Origin: a virus
Lineage: Duplodnaviria > Caudoviricetes
DNA length: 64,000 nucleotides
IMG/VR virus record: IMGVR_UViG_3300037067_012588
Direction: 5' to 3' (one strand)
A program made the position numbers and the translations under genes. Below are positions 54,473 to 62,802 of this stretch, one piece after another. The first letter of the stretch is position 1. Each line of letters opens with the position of its first letter. The notes beneath the pieces were generated by a model. The model saw nothing but the letters and a program-made list of their open reading frames with translations, was not told the origin of the DNA and did not search any database.

Positions 54473-56695
54473 TCAGCTCCTCGGAAAAACAATATCGTTG
54501 ATGCCAAGCTCGTTGTTGTAAGGACCATCCCAATACAAAACGTCCGACACAGACTTTATATGTTTGATTTTTTCATTGCTATTGCTAATATTGACTCCAA
54601 CTTGATACATCTCGATTTTCTTCATGAATTTCCTATCAGGTTTTATTCCGCTCTGTAGCTGACCGATATACTTCTTTCCAGCGCCATACGGAACCAAGAC
54701 CTGAGAAGACTCCTCATCAACAACACGATACAAATCGCCAACCTTTTCGTAATCGTAGGTTTCGATAAATTTGGATATTTCAGGAGACTTGTCTTGGCAT
54801 AGGTCGACCTGAGTAAGAAACATCGAAAAGAACTTCTCCAGAAAAACTGGGTCATACACATCGATATTCCAATTGTAAGAATTGAGCAACGTCAAAGTCG
54901 CATTAAGCTCCAAAAGCAGAGTCCCTGAGAAAATTTTAATACCATCATCAGGAATAACAACAAACATCCTTCCAAAAGAAAGGAACCCATGTCTGTTCGC
55001 TCGACCAAGCGCCTGAACCAACGATCTTAACGAACCAAAAAAACGAAAGACAGTTGGGAAATCCAAATCAACTCCGGCCTCAACAAGCGAGGTTGAAAAA
55101 ACCAAACACCTCTGATTGGTTTTCAATCTCAGTCGTATCTCTTCCAGTATCTTTTCCTGATGCTTTTTTGCAAGAAACGTGTTAAGCAGGAACAAACCAT
55201 CAGTCGTCCCAGTCTTCTCAAGCATCTTCAAATACATCTCGTATGACTCACACCTTGTGTTTGTTATGCACAAGGTTTGCTCTTTAGACTCACATTTCAG
55301 GATTTTCTCACAGATTTCTTCATACGAGAGTGTATCGGAAACTGATTTCGGAAAAATCACATTGGCACGACGAATCTCTGGCGCTGAAAAAACCTCCCTA
55401 AACCTCGGGTCAACATAAGAACAGCTCACATACCGACTGTAATCGGGCAATGTTGCCGATGACAACAGGTAGGACGTATTGAATATCCTCTGCCACGCAC
55501 TCAACGTTTCAAATGTAACATTCAAAAGATTAGCAGGAATATCTTGAGACTCATCGAAAACAACAACAGAGTTCGCAAAATTATGAAGCTTCCTAAACCG
55601 ACCACCATGCCTCGCATGAAGGCTGTCAAGACACTGAGCCATTGTTGTCACAATAATCGGAGCTTCCCAGTTTTCTCGCAACTGCTTTGAGCGAATAAGC
55701 TCTGTTTCTTTTTCCTCGGGGTTTGAGTAAACCTCGAAATCAATCCCTGAGTGGTCTTCAAGCAAAGCAACGTTGTCACCAAAAGCGTTCCTAATCTCAT
55801 TGGCCGTTTGAATCGCAATCTTAATAAACGGAACAACAATTATCACCCTGTTCTTCTTGTGAGTCTCGGCATGGCGCAACGCCCATCCAAGTTGAGCCAT
55901 AGTCTTACCAACACCTGTCGGATACGGCATCAGATGAAAACCAACAGGAGAACTTCCAGCAGCAACAGACCTCTCGAAAACAATGTTTCTGAGGTCGGTC
56001 ACGGGACTGTTGGCAAACAAAACGCTCTTGGATTTGCGATAGCTATCCAAGAGACAAAAAAGCTTACCCCAATCTGGACGCTCATACATCATCCTCGACG
56101 CAGCAGCCTTCGGGTCAAAAAACATCTCGGTATCAAGACAATCAGCATCAACCAAACAACTTGATATATAACGAATGATAGCACTCATGTCGTGACAGTT
56201 TGTCGGCATAAGCAACTGTTCTTCTTGAGCTTCACGAATGTAATCAAGAAGATTCGGCTCAATAGCGCAAGCCTCCTTAAAACAATCCTCCCAATGACAA
56301 GACATTATATCGTTCGTTCTGAGATGGGCAACTTTGTAAAAATCATTAACCCAAGTATTTCCTGAATAAAACCCTCGATGATGCGCAGCTATTGGGTAAA
56401 ACACCTGCTCTTTGAGATTATTATTCATAGCCGCAAACAAACCCTGAGATTGATGTGCGAAAGAATATGTATCGGTATTGTAAATGAAATCAGAACGACG
56501 ACCGACTTGGTATCTCAGAGACAACTTTCCGAAATCATGTCCTCCACCAACACAACAACACGTTCCTCGCATGGGTATATTTGGTTTATCTCTGAGAAGA
56601 AATCGCAACATTCTTGCAATCACTCCACGAGTATGAGCCAACCAAGATTGATGTTTGCCGTCATGTTCTGAAAAATGACCTATCGGTGTTGTCAT
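54473..56695 (-). CDS. cas3: CRISPR-associated helicase/nuclease Cas3 (N-terminal HD domain)
   Basis: LAH, HDFGK, H, AHH, LVDAD HD motifs; PTGVGKT, DESQ, SAT, STSLVEAGVDLDF, Q..GR.NR.G helicase motifs. Confidence 0.93.
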   Translation of the reverse strand: MTTPIGHFSEHDGKHQSWLAHTRGVIARMLRFLLRDKPNIPMRGTCCCVGGGHDFGKLSLRYQVGRRSDFIYNTDTYSFAHQSQGLFAAMNNNLKEQVFYPIAAHHRGFYSGNTWVNDFYKVAHLRTNDIMSCHWEDCFKEACAIEPNLLDYIREAQEEQLLMPTNCHDMSAIIRYISSCLVDADCLDTEMFFDPKAAASRMMYERPDWGKLFCLLDSYRKSKSVLFANSPVTDLRNIVFERSVAAGSSPVGFHLMPYPTGVGKTMAQLGWALRHAETHKKNRVIIVVPFIKIAIQTANEIRNAFGDNVALLEDHSGIDFEVYSNPEEKETELIRSKQLRENWEAPIIVTTMAQCLDSLHARHGGRFRKLHNFANSVVVFDESQDIPANLLNVTFETLSAWQRIFNTSYLLSSATLPDYSRYVSCSYVDPRFREVFSAPEIRRANVIFPKSVSDTLSYEEICEKILKCESKEQTLCITNTRCESYEMYLKMLEKTGTTDGLFLLNTFLAKKHQEKILEEIRLRLKTNQRCLVFSTSLVEAGVDLDFPTVFRFFGSLRSLVQALGRANRHGFLSFGRMFVVIPDDGIKIFSGTLLLELNATLTLLNSYNWNIDVYDPVFLEKFFSMFLTQVDLCQDKSPEISKFIETYDYEKVGDLYRVVDEESSQVLVPYGAGKKYIGQLQSGIKPDRKFMKKIEMYQVGVNISNSNEKIKHIKSVSDVLYWDGPYNNELGINDIVFPRS

Positions 56696-56744
56696 AAAAT
56701 CTCCTTTTGCCGATAAAAGTCGCCACAGTATTTTTTATGCGAAG

Positions 56745-58130
56745 ATTTCAATATACCAGTGGATTTTCATCCACTGGAACAATGCATTCTCGTGAATCTT
56801 TGCCCGTTTTGTCAGTTTCAATATACCAGTAGACTTTCATCCACTGGAACAACATCGTCCGAGAAGCATTTTTTTGACCATAATTCTTTCAATATACCAG
56901 TGGACTTTCATCCACTGGAACAAGAAGCTGCGGACATACTACGGGCAACGTCATGTGCATTTCAATATACCAGTGGACTTTCGTCCACTGGAACCCTTGC
57001 GGCGACCATCCAAAGCATCAAAAGTACCCATATTTCAATATACCAGTGGACTTTCGTCCACTGGAACGGGCTGGTTTTTTGCCGTTTGAAACAAGACACC
57101 AATTTCAATATACCTGTGGACTTTCGTCCACAGGAACATGAGCGAAGCATCATTGAGGTTTCGTCCGCTATTTCAATATACCAGTGGACTTTCGTCCACT
57201 GGAACCGCCGTACCCCCACTTTATAGATAACCTCGCCTGTTATTTCAATATACCAGTGGACTTTCGTCCACTGGAACGTATGCCCTTGCACTTGAGGGCG
57301 TGCCCTTCAACAGATTTCAATATACCAGTGGACTTTCGTCCACTGGAACCTCGGCAAGATATAAGTCAGTCTGTGCCTGTGCCGCTTATTTCAATATACC
57401 AGTGGACTTTCGTCCACTGGAACGTCCATAGGTAGAGCCCAAAGAAAGGAGCCCTGCAATATTTCAATATACCAGTGGACTTTCATCCACTGGAACTGCC
57501 GTTAGCCAAATACTGGCGGCAGGACAGACATTTCAATATACCAATGGACTTTCGTCCACTGGAACCAACATGATGCTTTCTGTGTGTTCGACCGCACAGC
57601 CATTTCAATATACCAGTGGACTTTCGTCCACTGGAACACAACCAAATCACCTGTTGCAACATCAAACTTATTATTTCAATATACCAGTGGACTTTCGTCC
57701 ACTGGAACAAAGGACCGTAAAAACCTGTCCGATACTATGCCGATTTCAATATACCAGTGGACTTTCGTCCACTGGAACAGGGCGGGCGTGTCCTGTCCGA
57801 TGAAGGCTTATTTCAATATACCAGTGGACTTTCGTCCACTGGAACTTTGCACTATCCCATGATTCATGGTAGAATCAGGACAATTTCAATATACCAGTGG
57901 ACTTTCGTCCACTGGAACGTTTTTGAGAATAGCCTCCCAGTGTTTTTTCGCCAATTTCAATATACCAGTGGACTTTCGTCCACTGGAACTCGCATGGGCT
58001 ATGGGGCATACAGGGCGTACAGGGATTTCAATATACCAGTGGACTTTCGTCCACTGGAACTACAGCCCCCAATACCTTCGGCAATCACTCAGATATTTCA
58101 ATATACCAGTGGACTTTCGTCCACTGGAAC
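56745..58130 (-). CRISPR. CRISPR array: 20 repeats of 36 bp, 19 spacers of 31-38 bp
   Basis: Repeat on the minus strand is GTTCCAGTGGACGAAAGTCCACTGGTATATTGAAAT. Degenerate repeats cluster at the 56745 end (trailer), so the leader is at the 58130 end. Confidence 0.98.
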
Positions 58131-58365
58131 CTTACCGCTCTCAAATCACTACATATCAAACACTTACATAGCCACTTGCGAGCGCCTCATCAAAAAGACG
58201 AGGAATCACAAAATTTGTCATCGTTCGATTGTCAAAGAACTCTTCAAACCTATACACACCAAACACTTACAACTTTGCGAGCGCCTCAAACCCACAAAAT
58301 TCAGCACAACCATATAGCATCAAATCAGTTATGTTGAAATTTGTCTGGTTTCTCACAGACACCAA
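58131..58365 (-). promoter_or_regulatory. CRISPR leader with an IHF-like site and a duplicated motif
   Basis: TATCAAACACTTA (58154-58166) fits the IHF consensus WATCAANNNNTTR; TTGCGAGCGCCTCA occurs at 58176-58189 and 58275-58288. Confidence 0.75.
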
Positions 58366-59298
58366 TCAGTCTCTCGCAAGAGAATCCAACATGCACCACT
58401 CGATACCACGAGCCTTACAAAAGGCGTCAATGGTCTCGTGAGAGGTAAATTCAAAATCATCACGACTCTTCGGAAACTCCCCAGACTCTACCAAAGACGC
58501 ATTCAGTTTCGGAAAAAGCAATTTCTTGATGTTGTGAATCTCAGCAAAACGACCCTTTTGAGAATGCTGAAAGACGTACACAGAAATAAGCCTTGACTCA
58601 CCAAGAGCCTTTGAACGTTCCCCCTCGTAAGCCATCCTGAGTGATTCGAAGAAGATGTTCAAATCATCGTCTGAGACACCATTATCAACACCAACCAACG
58701 GTGCATAGTCACCAACGCCAAGATAAACGGCATAAGGAACAAAACAGGTCTTTGCCCACGAATTTATCTTGCCATCAGACCTCGAAGGACCAGTATTGCT
58801 GATACGCTCAATCTCGATTGGATGGCAAGACTTGAAGTCAGTCATCTGAACACTTCCACGAAAAGCCGCACCATTGTTGCAAGTCGTTGCGCCAAAAACC
58901 CTCGACTCCCAGAAATCAGCAAGAAACCTCTTGCGATCAGCAATGATAACGTTCTTCTCATCATCTGTCTTTTTCGGCTTCTTCGGCTTCTTCGTCTTCC
59001 CATCGCCAGCATCAACACCCTCAACAACAGCCGCATCGCTATCTTTTGCAGAACCACCGAGATTGTACATCTTGAACGTATCGTTGAGGTTTGTCCCACG
59101 GTGAGTGAAGCCAACCATCCCATGAGAGTTTTCAGCACAATCACGAATCTTGCGCTTCACGGATACACCACAAACAGACCCAAACCCATCTGAGGTCATC
59201 CTCGGCGCACCTTCGTTGTCAGGGTCCCCGTTCAAGTTCCCATTTACAGCCTCAAGAACAAACGCAAAATCGATGTACTTTTTTGAATCATACTTCAT
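58366..59298 (-). CDS. cas7: Type I-C-like Cas7 (Csd2/Csh2 family)
   Basis: NGNLNGDPDNEGAPR, VSVKRKIRD, W.SRVFGA, GSVQ, VPYAVY. Confidence 0.9.
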   Translation of the reverse strand: MKYDSKKYIDFAFVLEAVNGNLNGDPDNEGAPRMTSDGFGSVCGVSVKRKIRDCAENSHGMVGFTHRGTNLNDTFKMYNLGGSAKDSDAAVVEGVDAGDGKTKKPKKPKKTDDEKNVIIADRKRFLADFWESRVFGATTCNNGAAFRGSVQMTDFKSCHPIEIERISNTGPSRSDGKINSWAKTCFVPYAVYLGVGDYAPLVGVDNGVSDDDLNIFFESLRMAYEGERSKALGESRLISVYVFQHSQKGRFAEIHNIKKLLFPKLNASLVESGEFPKSRDDFEFTSHETIDAFCKARGIEWCMLDSLARD

Positions 59299-59360
59299 TG
59301 GAAAACTCCTTCATTGAAAAAAACATTCAGAAAAACATCACACAATTCACTTTTTTGAAT

Positions 59361-59888
59361 TCACTCCGACTCTTCGCCATCGTCCTCATCGTCATCGATA
59401 TCATCATCGATGTCATCGTCATTCTCAACAATCGCAGCCACACCAGCCGCAGCATCCTCAGCCGCCTTCTTCTTCTTGTACTCTTCGATATTCTTGTAGT
59501 ACACTTCGATAAAGCTCTTCTTCTCAGAAGCATACCCGAAGTGAAAACTCAACTCCTGAGCAGGTGTAAAACGAACAGGAAAATCACTCGGATTTCCGAA
59601 CTCTGACATGATCTCCAAATACCTTTTCTCGGTTGCATTCGTATACTCACCATTGGAAATGTAATACGTGAGCGTACTGAGATTCGTGGCAAAGAATCTC
59701 CTTGGGCTTGTTGTTGCGCTGAAAATCTTCGTACCCTCGAAATCTGTTGTAGCTGTCACTTTCTGTGTTTTCGATTTTTCCTTGTTAACGTTGTCAGTCT
59801 CACGCCTTGCATTCACAAGCAAGAAGAACAACCGACCAATATCACTCGCCGCCTTGCAACCATCATCAACAATCACACCGTTCGACAT
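59361..59888 (-). CDS. cas11: Putative Cas11c small subunit from an internal in-frame start in cas8c
   Basis: In-frame ATG at 59888 preceded by GGGAAAGGG, just before the GRLF motif; matches the known internal translation of Cas11 in type I-C. Confidence 0.55.
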   Translation of the reverse strand: MSNGVIVDDGCKAASDIGRLFFLLVNARRETDNVNKEKSKTQKVTATTDFEGTKIFSATTSPRRFFATNLSTLTYYISNGEYTNATEKRYLEIMSEFGNPSDFPVRFTPAQELSFHFGYASEKKSFIEVYYKNIEEYKKKKAAEDAAAGVAAIVENDDDIDDDIDDDEDDGEESE

Positions 59889-61373
59889 CGCAAACCCTTT
59901 CCCAACAAATAACCTCGACAAAACAAGACGCATGGCAACCATCGCAGAAGGACGAGTAACAGCACAAGACCTACGACGGTTTTTCAACAAGCCATCAACA
60001 AGAAATCTTGGAATCGGTAATACTTTGACATTGCCTTGAGAATCAAGCGGAGCAGAATTCAACATAAAGCTGAGAAATTGTTGAATGTGAGCCTTCAAAG
60101 GTGGCTCAGTTTTCTTCCCACCTTCATCTTCTTTTGCTTTTGCCTTCCTGTAGGTTCGCTCAACCTTACCAGAATCGTCAACTTCTTCATCCCAAATTCC
60201 AACGAAAAGCTCATCCATGAGATATTTCATGACAGGAATTTTTTTAAGTTCCGAGATCAAAAAGTTTTCACCAAGGTCGTTGTAAATCATTCGCAGCGAG
60301 CGAACGAGGTCACTCACAACAACGTCATCAACCGACACACAAACTCTCGTGCTTGCCCCTCCAATAGAAACCATTGCAACGGAGCACGTTTCAGGCGCAA
60401 TCGTATCCATCGTGGAATTCGGACTCTGGATGGACAAAAACCTCGAAAGATTTATCGCTGGGTCAAGAGACTTGAAATAGCCCCACACGTCATCATCGCA
60501 CCTGATAAGCATCATGTCGCCGTTTGGAAGTTTCACTCGACGATTTTTGTTTGAAAGGAGATCGTAGAACGACTGCTTTATCTTGTCTGAACAAGTCACA
60601 CAGATTGAAGAACTCTGCATTTTTTTGAACCCATGAAACCATGTAGAGTTGTCGCTGAACGAAGCAATGGAAGTTCCCGTCGATTTTGCACCGGAAAGGA
60701 ATTTGCTTGCCTTCAAGATTGGAAGCTTCCTGACAAATTGCCCCTCTTTCCCGCAACAAGGGCAGAAGCCAAAAACAATTTTGGCGTTCTTCCCAGAGCC
60801 AACAACCAAAGCATCCTTGCGGTTCTCCCTGAAAAACACACTCCAAAACTTTATGAAGTCTGGGTCGTGAACGAGCGGAAGTCCATTTGCATCATCGACA
60901 GACAACGCAACACGAATGGAATCTTTTTCCTTGTTTGTTATTTCAAGAATCTTTTTCTTCCACTCATCGTCAAGCGGCTGAGCGACAACATTTGCCGCCG
61001 ATAAAATTTTATCGGCAAGAACGTCGTACCCAGCACCTCTTGCGTGCCCAGCGAGCTCTCGATACAGATTAGGGTAAGACTTCGAACCCGGAGTCCAATT
61101 TGAAAACAAACGAGTCATGTCATCACAAAAAAACTGAGTCGACGAAAGCCCTTTTTCTCTCGATAACTCCAAGAATCGAGGAGCACGAAGGCTTGGACGT
61201 TTTTTGTGAGCCCCTTTACGAGTTTCTTCACGAGTCTGAATGTCAAGAACTCCAACAATCTTGTTGTTTTCGATGAGAATTGTCGCATAGACAAGCTCTT
61301 CATCAAAAGCGACATAATCGAAATTTGGCTTCGGGTTCTTGTCGAAGCTCTCAACCAACCATTTTAACGACAA
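59361..61373 (-). CDS. cas8c: Type I-C large subunit Cas8c (Csd1), divergent, with acidic tail
   Basis: R..G....FFCD, HD..F..FW, CPCCG....R..P..K....GA.S.G.SI.SF, GRLF, FP..F....Q..F.FGY; located between cas5 and cas7. Confidence 0.8.
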   Translation of the reverse strand: MSLKWLVESFDKNPKPNFDYVAFDEELVYATILIENNKIVGVLDIQTREETRKGAHKKRPSLRAPRFLELSREKGLSSTQFFCDDMTRLFSNWTPGSKSYPNLYRELAGHARGAGYDVLADKILSAANVVAQPLDDEWKKKILEITNKEKDSIRVALSVDDANGLPLVHDPDFIKFWSVFFRENRKDALVVGSGKNAKIVFGFCPCCGKEGQFVRKLPILKASKFLSGAKSTGTSIASFSDNSTWFHGFKKMQSSSICVTCSDKIKQSFYDLLSNKNRRVKLPNGDMMLIRCDDDVWGYFKSLDPAINLSRFLSIQSPNSTMDTIAPETCSVAMVSIGGASTRVCVSVDDVVVSDLVRSLRMIYNDLGENFLISELKKIPVMKYLMDELFVGIWDEEVDDSGKVERTYRKAKAKEDEGGKKTEPPLKAHIQQFLSFMLNSAPLDSQGNVKVLPIPRFLVDGLLKNRRRSCAVTRPSAMVAMRLVLSRLFVGKGFAMSNGVIVDDGCKAASDIGRLFFLLVNARRETDNVNKEKSKTQKVTATTDFEGTKIFSATTSPRRFFATNLSTLTYYISNGEYTNATEKRYLEIMSEFGNPSDFPVRFTPAQELSFHFGYASEKKSFIEVYYKNIEEYKKKKAAEDAAAGVAAIVENDDDIDDDIDDDEDDGEESE

Positions 61374-62002
61374 AGCGACACCTCCTTCTTTGCACCTTCG
61401 TAATCAATCCATCCATCGACCATTTTCGCATCAAAATAAACAGGCGGAATCGAAGGGCGAAGTCTGTCTATTCCGTAATACAACCAACCAAGATCGAGCG
61501 TTTGTCCACCCGTCAACTCCCGAGCCTCATCCAACTCAAGAACCCGAAAGAACGCACCGTAATCCGAACATCCAAAACAAGGCATTCCTTTTTCTGCTGT
61601 CCCTGTTTTTGCGTTCTCCATGAACATGGCAAAGTATTTGTCTACCGTACAATCCGCACGCCTTGACTCGTCAATGTTTTCCTCAATCAACTCGATTCTG
61701 GAAATAGTGACAAAATCTGGGTGCATCAACAACCTCTTGCACCTTTGTTGTGGCTGGATGTGCGAAATTTCCTTGAACTCGTTGTTCTTCACAGACGAGT
61801 AAACGAATGGATGCCGAATGAAAACATCCTCAACAACAAAACGAAACTGAGGCTTTGTGTGTATCTTGTAGTGCATACCCTCAACTGCAGACGCCGAGGG
61901 TACGCATTGCGATGATGGGTCAGAATCCGTCATCGGAATCGTCCACAAAGCAAAGTCACCCCAAAAATGCATCGCCACACGCCTTGCGCTGTCTCTCTTC
62001 AT
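61364..62002 (-). CDS. cas5: Type I-C Cas5 (Cas5c/Cas5d), divergent
   Basis: WGDFALWT.P, P..SA..G....I..KP, NE, QQR, P.FGC..Y, DLGW...ID, P..F.A.M.DG.I. Confidence 0.85.
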   Translation of the reverse strand: MKRDSARRVAMHFWGDFALWTIPMTDSDPSSQCVPSASAVEGMHYKIHTKPQFRFVVEDVFIRHPFVYSSVKNNEFKEISHIQPQQRCKRLLMHPDFVTISRIELIEENIDESRRADCTVDKYFAMFMENAKTGTAEKGMPCFGCSDYGAFFRVLELDEARELTGGQTLDLGWLYYGIDRLRPSIPPVYFDAKMVDGWIDYEGAKKEVSLCR

Positions 62003-62340
62003 AGTCAACTCTCTTTCTTACACCTTGATTTTTCCAAAATGAACAATGTTTTTGCCTTTGGTGTATTTTTATACGAAGCAAGGAAGCCTTTTTTTTTGAC
62101 GAATTTCTGTTTTCTTCAAAAATATGCGAAAAACCTTCCACTCTAATCGTGCTCCCCTTGCAAGACTTCCTCGCCTCTATCCTAAATGGGGCTGCCGATG
62201 ACTTCCGCTGACAGATTTCTTCGTTTATTTTGTTAATTTCTTCATTCTTGCCTTCAGGCTCTTTATCGCCTCTATTCTTAAAGGAGTTCTTGTTGGTTCA
62301 AACTGACAGAAATCTTCGTTTTTTTCAAAATCTTCCTGAT

Positions 62341-62802
62341 TTACGGCTTCCACAAGCCAACCTTACAAGTGAAGAGACTAGCACAGTGAATAGCCGCATC
62401 GTAATCTTCTTGAAACCAAACGCCCAGTCCGACCATATACTTCCGAATAAACCCCGACAAACACTCCTCTGCCCAAGACAAACGAGTGTCTTTCAGCTTC
62501 CCACTATTTCCAAAAACAAGCGGAGACAACAAGGCAACCTCAGCCCTTGACAAGTCCTCGCCAAGAACAAACCATCTTGCGAATTTCTTGTCAAGTCCCT
62601 TCATATAATAGGGTTCTGAGAAAAACAGCGGCGACGACCCAACAACATCGGTGTAAAACCTCAACCACATGTCTTGACCGTAGTTTTTGTCGTTGTTCAC
62701 CCTATCGCAAAAACTGGAAGCCTCCCTTTCACTCAAAAACGGAAGAGCCTTTACCCGCTGCCGAGCAACACACTTCGTCAATTCATCTTCATACATAGCC
62801 AA
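62341..62802 (-). CDS. Hypothetical protein
   Basis: 153-aa ORF abutting the gyrA stop. Confidence 0.55.
   Translation of the reverse strand: MAMYEDELTKCVARQRVKALPFLSEREASSFCDRVNNDKNYGQDMWLRFYTDVVGSSPLFFSEPYYMKGLDKKFARWFVLGEDLSRAEVALLSPLVFGNSGKLKDTRLSWAEECLSGFIRKYMVGLGVWFQEDYDAAIHCASLFTCKVGLWKP

Noticed and set aside
56745-58130. The repeat start GTTCCAG-TGGACGA equals the promoter motif TTCCAG-N12-TGGACGA without its middle
   Set aside because: Two short words with different spacing; the repeat sequence is explained by its hairpin, so this is treated as coincidence.
56759-58317. ORFs with repeating FQYTSGLSSTGT / FNIPVDFRPLE peptides
   Set aside because: These are translations of the CRISPR repeats.
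62009-62340. AT-rich gap upstream of cas5 as a possible ncRNA or solitary repeat unit
   Set aside because: No repeat-like or convincing structured sequence was found; it is most simply the cas promoter region.
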